Part shown: one piece after another, positions 16,563 through 26,007 of the stretch | How the letters are laid out: each line of letters begins with the position of its first letter | Position numbering within the stretch: position 1 is the stretch's first letter | Assembly: GCA_964407355.1 (NCBI GenBank) | Contig: CAYOVM010000003.1 | Coordinates: 1-40,777 of the forward strand | Length of the DNA: 40,777 nucleotides | Direction of reading: 5' to 3' | DNA from: an uncultured Enterobacteriaceae bacterium | Lineage (GTDB): Bacteria > Pseudomonadota > Gammaproteobacteria > Burkholderiales > SG8-39 | Notes under the pieces: model-generated | The model's database searches: none | What the model was told of the DNA's origin: nothing | What the model saw: only the letters and a program-made list of their open reading frames with translations | Translations under genes and position numbers: made by a program

Positions 16563-17345
16563 ATGCATCCCATGCTAAGTATCGCCGTGCGCGCCGCGCG
16601 CCGCGCCGGCTCCATCATCAACCGCGCCTCGCTCGAAAGCGGCGGGCTGCAGGTCCGCTCCAAGCAGGCCAACGATTTCGTCACCGAGGTCGACCGCGCG
16701 GCCGAAGCGGCGATCATCGAGGCAGTGCAGAAGGCCTATCCCGAGCACGCCATCCTCGGCGAGGAGTCGGGCGAGCTCGGTCCCAATGCGGGCAAGGCGG
16801 AATACCGGTGGATCATCGATCCGCTCGACGGCACCACGAATTTCATCCACGGCTTCCCGCAATACTGCGTATCGATCGGCGTGGAGCACCGCGGCGCGCT
16901 CGCGCACGCCGTGATCTACGACCCGTCACGCAACGAGCTCTTTACCGCCTCGAAAGGCCGCGGCGCATTCCTCAACGACCGGCGCATCCGCGTCTCGAAG
17001 TGCCTCAAGCTGCAGGACGCGCTCGTCGGCACGGGCTTTCCTTTCAAGGAACTGAGCCGCGCCGACCTTTACCTGAAGCAGCTGAAAGCCCTCATGGAAA
17101 AATCCTCGGGGGTGCGGCGCGCCGGCGCCGCGGCGCTCGATCTCGCCTACGTCGCCTGCGGCCGGCTCGATGCGTTCTGGGAGCTCGGGCTGATGCCGTG
17201 GGACATGGCCGCGGGCGTGCTCCTGATCCAGGAAGCCGGCGGGCTGGTCGGCGATCCGGAAGGCAACCAGGGCTTCATGGAATCCGGCGACATCTGCGCC
17301 GCCGCGCCCAAGATCTTCTCGTCCCTGCTGCGCGAGCTGAAATAG
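16563..17345 (+). CDS. suhB: Inositol-1-monophosphatase family protein SuhB
   Basis: [16 protein letters not shown] closely matches the enterobacterial SuhB N-terminus. IMPase motifs are GEESG and [12 protein letters not shown]; WDMAAG is also present. Confidence 0.92.
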   Translation: MHPMLSIAVRAARRAGSIINRASLESGGLQVRSKQANDFVTEVDRAAEAAIIEAVQKAYPEHAILGEESGELGPNAGKAEYRWIIDPLDGTTNFIHGFPQYCVSIGVEHRGALAHAVIYDPSRNELFTASKGRGAFLNDRRIRVSKCLKLQDALVGTGFPFKELSRADLYLKQLKALMEKSSGVRRAGAAALDLAYVACGRLDAFWELGLMPWDMAAGVLLIQEAGGLVGDPEGNQGFMESGDICAAAPKIFSSLLRELK

Positions 17346-17385
17346 CCGCCGGACCGCCGCCGCTAGCCGGTCGGCACCGGCACCG

Positions 17386-18372
17386 CTACTCGGCCTTGAT
17401 CCCCGCCGTCTTGATGACCTTCGTCCACTTGTCTATGTCGGTCCGGATGACCGCGGCCGCCTGCTCCGGGGTGCTCGTCTCGAGCTGAAGGCCCTGCGCG
17501 GCGAGCTTGGTGCGCATGCTCTCCATCGCGAGGATGGCGCGCAGCTCGGCGTTCAGCTTGTCGATCACTTCGCGCGGCGCCTTCGCCGGGACCAGCATGG
17601 CGTACCACAGGTCTACCTCGAAGCCCGGGATGCCGGCGGACTCGGCGATGGTCGGCGCCTCGGGCAGCAGCGGATTGCGCGCCTTGCTCGCCACCGACAG
17701 CACCCGCAGCTTGCCGCTCTTGATATGCGGCAGCGTGGTGTGCACCGGCAGGACCATGACGTCCGTCTGGCCGCCGAGGAGCCCGGTCACCGCTTCCGCG
17801 GAGCCTTTGTGCGGCACGTGCACGAGATCGACGCCGGCCGAGATCTTGAGCAGCTCCATCGCGAGATGCTGCGGCGTGCCGACCCCCGGCGACGCGTAGT
17901 TCAGCTTGCCCGGACTGCGCTTCGCCTCCTCGAGCAGCTCGCGGGTGCTCGTTGCCTTGACGTTGCTGTTCGCGACGAGCGCCAGCCCGCCACGCGCCAT
18001 CATGCCGACGGGCGCGAAATCCCTGGTCGAATCGAAGGTCAGGTTGTTGAAAAGCGCCGCGTTGATCGCGAAGGTGTTGACGATGACCGAGATCGTGTAG
18101 CCGTCCGGCTCGGCTTTGGCGAGCAGGGACATCCCGAGGTTGCCGCTCGCGCCAGGCCGGTTCTCGACCACGAAGGGCTGGTGCAGCCGCTGCGCCATCT
18201 GCTGCCCCACCTCGCGCGCCAGGATATCGATTCCCGTCCCCGGGGTGAACGCGACGATGATCTTTACGGGCTTCGAGGGGTACTGCTGCCCCGCGGCGGG
18301 CGCAGCCAGAAAAACGCCGAGAACGAAGGCGACAAAAAATCTTGGAGTCAGGGTCCGGTTCATGGCGCGCAT
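17386..18372 (-). CDS. Bug-family (TctC-like) tripartite tricarboxylate transporter substrate-binding protein, orphan
   Basis: Signal peptide followed by YPSKPVKIIVAFTPGTGIDILAR...NYASPGVGTPQHL...VPHKGSAEA, a classic Bug signature. 328 aa. Confidence 0.88.
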   Translation of the reverse strand: MRAMNRTLTPRFFVAFVLGVFLAAPAAGQQYPSKPVKIIVAFTPGTGIDILAREVGQQMAQRLHQPFVVENRPGASGNLGMSLLAKAEPDGYTISVIVNTFAINAALFNNLTFDSTRDFAPVGMMARGGLALVANSNVKATSTRELLEEAKRSPGKLNYASPGVGTPQHLAMELLKISAGVDLVHVPHKGSAEAVTGLLGGQTDVMVLPVHTTLPHIKSGKLRVLSVASKARNPLLPEAPTIAESAGIPGFEVDLWYAMLVPAKAPREVIDKLNAELRAILAMESMRTKLAAQGLQLETSTPEQAAAVIRTDIDKWTKVIKTAGIKAE

Positions 18373-18393
18373 TCTACCGCCTGCGCCGCATCC

Positions 18394-18399
18394 TATAAT
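18394..18399 (+). promoter_or_regulatory. Consensus -10 TATAAT 8 nt upstream of the SulP ATG
   Basis: It lies in the 35-nt divergent spacer. No SD precedes ATG 18408. Confidence 0.35.
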
Positions 18400-18407
18400 C
18401 GGACCGC

Positions 18408-20075
18408 ATGATCGCCTATCTCGAGGCCAGCCGTGCGGGACTCATGCGGCGCGAGCACTGGCTGCCGAACATCGTGGCGGGGGTCCTCGTCGGCGTGGTC
18501 GCGCTGCCGCTCGCGATGGCGTTCGCCATAGCCTCCGGGGCGAAGCCCGAGCAAGGCCTCTACACGGCGATCGTAGCCGGACTGGTGGTGTCGATCTTCG
18601 GCGGCAGCCGGGTGCAGATCGCCGGACCGACGGGCGCGTTCATCGTGATTCTCGCCGGGGTGACCGCGAAGCACGGGATCGACGGCCTGCAGATCGCGAC
18701 GTTCATGGCCGGGCTGATGCTGTTCGCGCTCGGCGTGGCGCGCATGGGGACGATCATCAAGTACATTCCCGACCCGGTCATCGTCGGCTTCACCGCCGGC
18801 ATCGGCACCATCATCTGGGTCGGTCAATGGAAGGATTTCTTCGGCCTCGCGCCGGCGGACGGCGCGTATTTCCACGAGAAGCTCTGGTATCTGCTGCAGG
18901 CGCTGCCGCGGCTGCACGCGCCGACGACGATGCTCGCCCTCGTCTCGCTGCTCGTGGTGATCTTCTCCGCGAAGGTCCCCGGCCTGCGGCGCGTTCCGGG
19001 ACCGCTCACGGCGCTCCTGCTCGCCACCGGCGCGCAGGCGGCGTTCTCGTTCGACGGCGTCGCCACGATCGGCAGCGTCTTCGGCGGCATCCCGCGCGGC
19101 TTGCCGCCCTTCCAGCTGCCCGAGCTCAGCGCGGGACGCGTGATCGAGCTGCTCGGACCTGCGTTCGCCATCGCGATGCTGGGCGCCATCGAATCGCTGC
19201 TCTCGGCGGTGGTGGCCGACGGCATGGCGGGGACCCGCCACGACTCGAACCAGGAGCTGGTCGGGCAGGGACTCGCCAACATGGCGGCGCCGCTCTTCGG
19301 CGGCTTTGCGGCGACCGGCGCGATCGCGCGCACGGCCACCAACGTCCGCAACGGCGGCACGACGCCGATTGCGGGCATCGCGCATGCGACGACGCTCGCG
19401 CTGATCATCCTGCTGCTCGCGCCCCTCGCGGTGCACGTGCCGCTCGCGGCGCTTGCGGCGATCCTGTTCGTGGTCGCGTGGAACATGAGCGACCTGCCGC
19501 ACGTCGCGAAGATGGTCCGGCGGGCGCCGCCGGCGGACGTCGCGATCCTGCTCGCCACCTTCGCGCTCACCGTCTTCGCCGACCTGGTGGTCGCGGTCAA
19601 CATCGGCGTCATCCTCGCCATGCTGCATTTCATGCGCCGCATGGCCTCCAGCGTCGAGGTGCGCGAGACGACCGCGGAAGAGCTGCGCGAGCCGATCCAG
19701 CGCGCCGGCCTCGACAGCCTGCCGCCCGGGGTGCTCGTCTATACGGTGGAAGGGCCCTTCTTCTTCGGCGCGGTGGAGCAGTTCGAGCGCGCGCTGATGA
19801 GCACGCACAAGGACCCCCAGGTGCTGATTCTCGCGCTGCGCCGCGTTCCGTTCATGGACATCACCGCGCTGCATACGCTGGAGGAAGTCGTCCAGCACCT
19901 GCAGCGCCGCGGAGTCCGGGTGCTGCTTGCCGGGGCGAACGAGCGAGTCGCCGGAAAGCTCGAGCGGGCGGGGGTCGTCGATCTGGTCGGCCGCGAGAAC
20001 GTGTTCCAGGAGCTCGGCCAGGCGCTCGCCGCTTGCCGGCAATCCACGCGGCGGCCCGCGACTACGCCTTCTTAG
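18408..20075 (+). CDS. SulP-family inorganic anion transporter with a C-terminal STAS domain
   Basis: 555 aa. The membrane domain has AGVLVGVVALPLAMAFAIASG and FGGFAATGAIARTATN. The C-terminal STAS-like region is VYTVEGPFFFGAV...LRRVPFMDITAL. An alternative start is ATG 18444. Confidence 0.88.
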   Translation: MIAYLEASRAGLMRREHWLPNIVAGVLVGVVALPLAMAFAIASGAKPEQGLYTAIVAGLVVSIFGGSRVQIAGPTGAFIVILAGVTAKHGIDGLQIATFMAGLMLFALGVARMGTIIKYIPDPVIVGFTAGIGTIIWVGQWKDFFGLAPADGAYFHEKLWYLLQALPRLHAPTTMLALVSLLVVIFSAKVPGLRRVPGPLTALLLATGAQAAFSFDGVATIGSVFGGIPRGLPPFQLPELSAGRVIELLGPAFAIAMLGAIESLLSAVVADGMAGTRHDSNQELVGQGLANMAAPLFGGFAATGAIARTATNVRNGGTTPIAGIAHATTLALIILLLAPLAVHVPLAALAAILFVVAWNMSDLPHVAKMVRRAPPADVAILLATFALTVFADLVVAVNIGVILAMLHFMRRMASSVEVRETTAEELREPIQRAGLDSLPPGVLVYTVEGPFFFGAVEQFERALMSTHKDPQVLILALRRVPFMDITALHTLEEVVQHLQRRGVRVLLAGANERVAGKLERAGVVDLVGRENVFQELGQALAACRQSTRRPATTPS

Positions 20076-20725
20076 CCGGCGCCTTTCACTGCGGCCTGGC
20101 CGCCGAAGGCGTCGCCGCCGCCTGCCGGCCGGGCCATGGAAAACACGCGCTCGACCACCGTGTATTCGTCGTAGCCGCAGCGCGCGATCGGCCGCATCGC
20201 GGCGGCATCGACTCGTCCGTTCTTCACGAAGCGCTCGTCCACGTGCATGCCGACGACCTGGCCCAGCACGAGGACGCGGGTGGCGTCCCGGCCGTCCTTG
20301 TCGAGGAGCCGGATCGTCTGCGTGACCTTGCATTCCAGCGCCGCGGGCGAGCGCAGCACGCGCGGCGGCCGCACCAGCCGGGACGGCGCGGTCTCGAGGC
20401 CGGCGAACTCGAACTCGCTGCGCCCGCGCTCGAGCGGCGCGGCGGTGGCGTTCATCTCCTCGCGCAGCTCGTAGGTCGCCATGCTCCAGACGAACTCGCC
20501 CGTCTCCGAGGCGAAGGCCTGCGAGTCCTTCTCGCCCTCGCTCGAGAAACCGACGATCATCGGCGTGCTCGAGAAGCCGTTGAAATAGCTGTAGGGCGCG
20601 AGGTTCAGCTCGCCGGCGCGGCTCATCGTCGAGATCCAGCCGACCGGCCGCGGAATGACCAGCCCCTTGAATGGATTGTGCGGGAACAGCGTCCTGTCGC
20701 GTTCGTCAGGCTCGAAGAACACCAT
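20072..20725 (-). CDS. Flavin reductase family protein (FMN-binding split barrel)
   Basis: MVFFEPDERDRTLFPHNPFKGLVIPRPVGWISTMS..NLAPYSYFN is typical of the flavin reductase-like domain. ATG 20725 is preferred over the longer track ORF. There is a 4-nt convergent overlap with the SulP gene. Confidence 0.75.
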   Translation of the reverse strand: MVFFEPDERDRTLFPHNPFKGLVIPRPVGWISTMSRAGELNLAPYSYFNGFSSTPMIVGFSSEGEKDSQAFASETGEFVWSMATYELREEMNATAAPLERGRSEFEFAGLETAPSRLVRPPRVLRSPAALECKVTQTIRLLDKDGRDATRVLVLGQVVGMHVDERFVKNGRVDAAAMRPIARCGYDEYTVVERVFSMARPAGGGDAFGGQAAVKGAG

Positions 20726-20819
20726 CCGGCGCTCCTTATTCCCAAACCAATATGTTAGCGCCCCCCTGACAAATACCCTCTGCTCATGTAAAGATGCCGC
20801 CCGAGGAGGAGTGCCCACC

Positions 20820-22142
20820 ATGAGCAAGAAAGCCATTGCCGTTCTGCTGGCAGGAACAGCCATCGCCGTCGCCCACCCCGCAGTGCGCGCCGACCGCGAT
20901 CACGATCACGATTCACCGCGGATTCCAAGCAACGCGACGTTCACGACGCGCGCCATAACGCCGTTTGCGATCGAAGGATTGACCGGCGACGCCGCCGGCA
21001 AGCTCTACACCACCGGAAGACAACCGGATGTAACGAAGAAATGTCCGGTCTGGCGCATCGGCGCCGACGGCACGCGCGTCACGGTGGCGTTCATTCCCAA
21101 TACCGCGCCCGGCTGCAATCCCTCGGGAATCACCTTCGACGGCAGCGGCGACCTCTATGTCGCGGACGCGGCCGGCGCCGGCACCGTCTGGCGGGCGACT
21201 CCCGATGTGAGTGGCTGCGCCGCCGACGACTCCGCCGATCCGGCCTGCGCTACGATCCCGACCGCGACGGCGTTCGCGACCGGCGTTCCGGGAACGAATG
21301 GCCTCGCTTTCGATCGCGACGGCAACCTCTGGACGGGCGACGGCACGACGGGCGTCGGGCGCGTCTGGAAGGTGGACCGTGCCGGAGGCGTTTGCGAGTC
21401 GAGCACCACGCCTTTCGTCGGTTGCGCCGAAGCCTTTCGCATCCAGTCGATGGCCAACGTGGTCAACCCCGCGACCAGCGGCGGCGTGGCCAATGTCGGC
21501 CGGGACATCCGCGCACTCACGCCGGGGACGATCACCGTCCTTCCAGGCAGCCGCAACGCTTCCAATACGTTGGGATCGCAGCCGCTGGTGGCGAACGGGC
21601 TCGCCTTCACGCGCGATGGCGATCTCTACGTCGCCGATACGGCGCGCGGAGCGATCTGGAAAGTCGAGTTCGACCGTCGTGGAAACATTCAGAGCCGCAT
21701 GGGATGCGATACGACGTTCAGCGCGAACACTCTTTGCCTCGACGCGGTGTTCGTCGGCCATCCGTACCTGGAGGGCACCGACGGCATCGCGCTCGATCGG
21801 GCAGGGAACATCTGGAACGCCGCCAACGAGCGCAATGCGATCGTGGTCGTCGGCAAGCACGGACGGGTGGTCGAGGCTTTCCGCAATCCCGTCAATCCCG
21901 ACACGGGCCTGCGGAACGCGGCCAATACGCCCGCCGGGAACCCCCACATCCTCGAGTTCCCCACGAGCCCTTTCCTGCTCGGCAGCAAGTTTTGCGTAGC
22001 GCAGTCGGACGGCGATCGGCGCGACAATTCCCCGCGCGCCGCGGGCCAAGTCAATGGCGGCGGGCCGGTCGGCGCGCGCGGCAAGATCTCCTGCATGGAC
22101 CAGGACCTGGAGATTCCGGGCCTGCCGCTCCCGGTTCGCTAA
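20820..22142 (+). CDS. Secreted SMP-30/gluconolactonase/LRE-like (NHL-type) six-bladed beta-propeller protein, Cys-rich
   Basis: ATG 20820 is preceded by GAGGAGGAG. There is a signal peptide MSKKAIAVLLAGTAIAVAHPAVRA. Repeated blade motifs are GITFDGSGDLYVAD, GLAFDRDGNLWTGD, GLAFTRDGDLYVAD and GIALDRAGNIWNA. Confidence 0.7.
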   Translation: MSKKAIAVLLAGTAIAVAHPAVRADRDHDHDSPRIPSNATFTTRAITPFAIEGLTGDAAGKLYTTGRQPDVTKKCPVWRIGADGTRVTVAFIPNTAPGCNPSGITFDGSGDLYVADAAGAGTVWRATPDVSGCAADDSADPACATIPTATAFATGVPGTNGLAFDRDGNLWTGDGTTGVGRVWKVDRAGGVCESSTTPFVGCAEAFRIQSMANVVNPATSGGVANVGRDIRALTPGTITVLPGSRNASNTLGSQPLVANGLAFTRDGDLYVADTARGAIWKVEFDRRGNIQSRMGCDTTFSANTLCLDAVFVGHPYLEGTDGIALDRAGNIWNAANERNAIVVVGKHGRVVEAFRNPVNPDTGLRNAANTPAGNPHILEFPTSPFLLGSKFCVAQSDGDRRDNSPRAAGQVNGGGPVGARGKISCMDQDLEIPGLPLPVR

Positions 22143-22181
22143 GCGGCGTCAGGACGCGGCGGCACGCGCTGGGGTAGCTCC

Positions 22182-23162
22182 CTAGCGCGCGACCGCCACG
22201 CCCGCCTCCTGCAGCACGCGGCGCATCAGGCCGATCTGCTCGTCGAGGACCGGGGAAAGCTCCGCGCCCCGCAGGAAGACGTCCTCGACCTGGTTTTCCT
22301 CGAGGTATTTCTTCCAGCTCGCGGTGCGCGCGAGGCGCGCGAAGAAATCCTCCCAGTAGCGCGCCGCGTCCTTCGAGATGGCCGGCGGCGCGAGCACACC
22401 GCGAACGTTCGCGATGATCGGGATGCCGATTCCCTGCTCCTTGACCGTCGGCACGTCCGGCAGGACCGCCAGGCGCCGCTCGGTGAGCGCGACGATGGCG
22501 CGCACCTTCCCCGAGGCGATGTGCTCGTTCGCGTCCTGCGGCTGCGGGATGATGATGTCGACCTTGCCCGCGAGGAGATTCAGCATCCGGTCGCTCACCG
22601 CGGGTGTCTGCACGAACGTCCACTTCGCGCCCGTCGCGCTCTGGATCAGCAGGCCGGTCAGGCTCTCTATGGCGGTCAGCGATCCGCCCGCCTGCTTCAG
22701 CTTTCCCGGCTCCTTCTTCGCCGCGGCGACGAAATCGGCGAGGGTCCGGTACGGAGCATCGGCGCGCACCACAGCGATGGTCGGCTCCAGGACGAGGCGC
22801 ACGATCGGCGTGAAGTCCTTCACCGTGTGCGCCGCGCTTTTGCCGGTGAGCGGCGTCGCGAGCCAGGTGTTGGTGAACACCGCGATGACATGGCCGTCGC
22901 CCCTTTTGGCGGCGAGGTAAGCCATGGCTTCGGCGCTGGCGCCGGCGGTCTTGTTGGTCACGCGCAGCGGCTGGGGCGCGAGCTTTTCCCTTTCGGCCAT
23001 CTCGACCACGGCGCGCGCGAAAACATCCGAGCCGCCGCCCTGAGCGCTGTGCACGACGAATTCGACCGGCCGGCTCGGCGCGAAGCCCTGCGGCCACGCG
23101 CTGCCCGCCGGCAGACATGCCGCGGCCGCGAGCAGCATTGCTCCTGCGGTATTTCGATCCAT
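22182..23162 (-). CDS. TctC-family tripartite tricarboxylate transporter substrate-binding protein, orphan
   Basis: 326 aa with a signal peptide. It is a clear paralogue of the 26008-26979 product (shared PVE.VVH...GGGSD..ARAV, LVLEP.I.AV.ADAPYKTLADF..AAKK.PG.LKQ.GGS, SWKKYLEENQ). Confidence 0.85.
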   Translation of the reverse strand: MDRNTAGAMLLAAAACLPAGSAWPQGFAPSRPVEFVVHSAQGGGSDVFARAVVEMAEREKLAPQPLRVTNKTAGASAEAMAYLAAKRGDGHVIAVFTNTWLATPLTGKSAAHTVKDFTPIVRLVLEPTIAVVRADAPYRTLADFVAAAKKEPGKLKQAGGSLTAIESLTGLLIQSATGAKWTFVQTPAVSDRMLNLLAGKVDIIIPQPQDANEHIASGKVRAIVALTERRLAVLPDVPTVKEQGIGIPIIANVRGVLAPPAISKDAARYWEDFFARLARTASWKKYLEENQVEDVFLRGAELSPVLDEQIGLMRRVLQEAGVAVAR

Positions 23163-23189
23163 CGTCGTCGCCCCCTGTTTCAGCGTTCA

Positions 23190-23195
23190 TATAAT
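23190..23195 (+). promoter_or_regulatory. Consensus -10 TATAAT 6 nt upstream of the alpha/beta-hydrolase ATG
   Basis: It lies in the 39-nt divergent spacer. No SD precedes ATG 23202. Confidence 0.35.
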
Positions 23196-23201
23196 CATGA
23201 C

Positions 23202-24056
23202 ATGCCCTTCGCGACGATCAACGGAATCCGGGTCAACTATCTCGTGCAGGGCGCCGGGCCGCATCTCCTGATGTTCGCGCCGGGCGGCTTCCGCTCGGTG
23301 ATCTCGCGCTGGACCGCGCAGGGCGGCAAGCGCGAATGGAAGGAGATGGACGGGCTCGCCGCGCTCTCGCGGCACTTCACCACGATCGCCTACGACCGGC
23401 GCGAGTCGGGCCTCTCCGGCGGCCGCGTCGAGCCGCTCTCCTGGGACCTGTACGTGAAGGAAGCGAAGGCGCTGCTCGACCTCGCCGGCGCAAGACAGGC
23501 CTACATCCTGGGAAGCTGCATGGGCGCGTCGCTCGCGCTCGCGTTCGCGGTGCGCCATCCCGACGCCTGCAGGGCGCTGCTCCTGCACTGGCCGGTGGGC
23601 GGGTATCGCTGGATGATGAAGGGCCGGACGTTCTTCCAGCGCCACCTCGACTTCGTGCGCGCGCACGGCCTCGAAGGCGTGGTCGCGCGCGCGCCGCGGG
23701 GCGAGAATTTCTGGCTCGATCCCGAAATAGGGCCGTGGGGCTCGCCGGCGGCCGTGTATCCGGAATTCGCCGCGCAACTGTTAAAGCATGAACAAGACGA
23801 ATACATCCGAATCGCGGAGCGGAGCCGCGACGCGCTGTTCAACGACACGATGCCTTCCGGCGCCGGCGGCGCGGAATTGATGAAGATGGAAATACCATCG
23901 CTGATCCTGCCCGGCGACGATTCCTCGCATGCCTACTCGGCGTCGCTCGCGTTGAAGGAGCTGATGCCCCGGGCCGAGCTGTGGGATGTGATGCCGCCGC
24001 AGCAAACCGGCAGGAACACCCTCGACGAGATCCTGCGCTTCAGTCGATCGGCTTGA
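23202..24056 (+). CDS. Alpha/beta-fold hydrolase
   Basis: 284 aa. The N-terminus INGIRVNYLVQGAGPHLLMFAPGG and the nucleophile elbow GSCMG are typical of the fold. The upstream part of track ORF 22521..24056 is off-frame shadow of the Bug gene. Confidence 0.8.
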   Translation: MPFATINGIRVNYLVQGAGPHLLMFAPGGFRSVISRWTAQGGKREWKEMDGLAALSRHFTTIAYDRRESGLSGGRVEPLSWDLYVKEAKALLDLAGARQAYILGSCMGASLALAFAVRHPDACRALLLHWPVGGYRWMMKGRTFFQRHLDFVRAHGLEGVVARAPRGENFWLDPEIGPWGSPAAVYPEFAAQLLKHEQDEYIRIAERSRDALFNDTMPSGAGGAELMKMEIPSLILPGDDSSHAYSASLALKELMPRAELWDVMPPQQTGRNTLDEILRFSRSA

Positions 24057-24993
24057 TTCCCGCCGCCTGGATGATGCGCGCGTACTTCTCGTTCTCGCGC
24101 TTGAGGAACCCGGCGAAGTCGTCGGGCGTGCTCGCGACCACCGTCATGCCGTCGGCCGCGATGCGCTCTTTCATCTCGGCCTGATCCAGGATCTGCGCGA
24201 CTTCGCGCTGCAGCTTCGCGATCGCCGCGCGCGGGGTCGCGCCCTGGACGAAGAGCCCGTACCACGTCGTCAGCTCGTAGCCCGGCAATCCCGCTTCGTC
24301 CAGCGTGGGCAGCTCCGGCGCGATGGGGGAGCGCCGTGCGCTCGTCACTCCGAGCGCGCGCAGGCGGCCGTCCTTCAGGAAGGGCAGCGCGAGCACCAGG
24401 TTCATGTAGTACACCGGCACCCGCCCGGCGAGCACGTCGGCGAGCGCGCCGCCCGACCCCTTGTAAGGGACGTGGGTCATGCTCGTGCCCGCCATCGCGT
24501 CGAAGAGCTGCGCGCACAGGTGCGAAAGCGAGCCGATGCCGGGCGAGCCGTAGTTCAGCTTGCCGGGATTCCGCCTGGCGAAGGCGATCAATTCGCCTAC
24601 CGAGCTCGCCGGAAGCTGCGGATGGACCACCAGCACCATCGGCCCGGAAGCGAGATTCGTCACCGGAGCGAGCTCGCGCGCCTGGTCGTAGGGCATGTTG
24701 CGCATCAGGATCGGGTTCGACATGAACCCCGGTTGCACGAGCAGCATCGTGTGCCCGTCCGGCGCCGACTTCGCCACCACGGCGCCGCCGATGGTCCCGT
24801 TGGCGCCGGCGCGGTTCTCCACCACCACCGCCTGGTTGAAGCGGTTCTTCAATTTCTCCGCCAGGGTGCGCGCCACCATGTCGGTCGAGCCGCCGGCCTG
24901 GAACGGGACGATGATGCGCATGGGCCCGCTCGGAAACTCCTGCGCCTGCGCCAAAGCGGGCAATAGGCAGAAAGCGAGCGCGACAAAACGCAT
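24040..24993 (-). CDS. Bug-family (TctC-like) substrate-binding protein; last gene of the 31628->24040 operon
   Basis: MRFVALAFCLLPALAQAQEFPSGPMRIIVPFQAGGSTDMVAR...NYGSPGIGSLSHL..VPYKGSGGA. The SD GAGGTAGG lies inside the end of the upstream gene. 317 aa. Confidence 0.88.
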   Translation of the reverse strand: MRFVALAFCLLPALAQAQEFPSGPMRIIVPFQAGGSTDMVARTLAEKLKNRFNQAVVVENRAGANGTIGGAVVAKSAPDGHTMLLVQPGFMSNPILMRNMPYDQARELAPVTNLASGPMVLVVHPQLPASSVGELIAFARRNPGKLNYGSPGIGSLSHLCAQLFDAMAGTSMTHVPYKGSGGALADVLAGRVPVYYMNLVLALPFLKDGRLRALGVTSARRSPIAPELPTLDEAGLPGYELTTWYGLFVQGATPRAAIAKLQREVAQILDQAEMKERIAADGMTVVASTPDDFAGFLKRENEKYARIIQAAGIKPID

Positions 24994-24998
24994 CGGAC

Positions 24999-25979
24999 CT
25001 ACCTCGCGCTCTCGAGCGCGGCCAGAGCACGCTCGTAATACGACAGGTCGAAATACTTCTGCGGCGCGCCGGCCTGCCCGCCTTCCATCTCGGCGCGCAG
25101 CGCCAGCATGTTCCTGAAGCCCTCGGGGTCGAACTTGGCGTCCGGGGTGAATCCGCGCACCGGATCGGCGAGCATCCGGTAGGTCCGCTCGGCCACCTCG
25201 CGGGAGACCTTCAACGACCCCATCAGCAGGCCGATCGAGGCTTCGCGGTTCGACGGCTGCAGCGTCCAGCGCAGCGCTTCGACGTACGCGGCGATGTAGC
25301 GCTCGAGCGCCGCCCGGTTCTGCTTCGCCCATGCCCGCTGCACGAAGGCGCCGTTCGCCTGATAAGGCCCGAGCATGTCCACGGTGCTGCCCAGGCTCCT
25401 CATGCCGCCCTGCTCGGCCTGGATCGTGAACGGCAGGTTGAGGATGGCGGCCGCGTTCGCCTTGTCCTGCTCCATCGCCTTCAGGCGCAGCTCGCCGCGG
25501 CCCACCGGCTTCACGGTGTAGTCGCGGCCCGCCTGCAGCCCGTGCTTGAGCAGGATCTTCTTCGCCTGGAGCGCATAGGCGGTGTCGGGCGCATCCACCA
25601 CCACGATCTTGCCGCGCAGATCGGCGAAGGAGCGCACGTACGGCTGCACGAAGAATTCGTTCATGCCGCTGTCGCCGCCCGTGACGATGATCACGTCCTG
25701 CCGCGCGGTCTCGACCAACGCGACCGCGTTGTCGACGGCGGCGTGCACCACCTCGAACGCGCCGGCCGCCAGCCCTTCGCGCTGCTTCGTCGAGTTCTCG
25801 GTGAAGGTGAGCTGCACCGCGAGCCCATGCTTCGCGAAGAAGCCGTTCGCCACGCCGGCGTGCAAAGGCAGCGCCTTGGCGTTCGGAAACGCATTCACGC
25901 GCAGCACCACCGGCTCCGCGGCCATTGCGCTCGAGAGCCAGATCGGCAATGCGGTGATCGCCGCGAGCCAGCGGTTCAT
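24999..25979 (-). CDS. NMT1/THI5-like (SsuA/TauA-type, ABC-class) periplasmic substrate-binding protein
   Basis: 326 aa with a signal peptide (..WLSSAMAAEP). The sequence LRVNAFPNAKALPLHAGVANGFFAKHGL...VVHAAVDNAV is typical of nitrate/sulfonate/bicarbonate-type SBPs. SD is GAGGGAG. No ABC permease or ATPase is present in the window. Confidence 0.7.
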   Translation of the reverse strand: MNRWLAAITALPIWLSSAMAAEPVVLRVNAFPNAKALPLHAGVANGFFAKHGLAVQLTFTENSTKQREGLAAGAFEVVHAAVDNAVALVETARQDVIIVTGGDSGMNEFFVQPYVRSFADLRGKIVVVDAPDTAYALQAKKILLKHGLQAGRDYTVKPVGRGELRLKAMEQDKANAAAILNLPFTIQAEQGGMRSLGSTVDMLGPYQANGAFVQRAWAKQNRAALERYIAAYVEALRWTLQPSNREASIGLLMGSLKVSREVAERTYRMLADPVRGFTPDAKFDPEGFRNMLALRAEMEGGQAGAPQKYFDLSYYERALAALESAR

Positions 25980-26007
25980 TGATGCTCCCTCTGAAGTCCG
26001 GCCCGCC

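Noticed and set aside
18116-20758. 880-aa plus-strand and 646-aa minus-strand (18393..20333) ORFs across the SulP gene.
   Set aside because: They are extremely Arg/Gly/Asp/His-rich with no hydrophobic structure. These are off-frame shadows, and the SulP frame has clear transporter and STAS features.
22051-23190. 379-aa minus-strand ORF overlapping the TctC gene in another frame, and the upstream part of plus ORF 22521..24056.
   Set aside because: They have Arg/Gly-rich shadow composition. The TctC frame (22182..23162) and the hydrolase from ATG 23202 account for the region.
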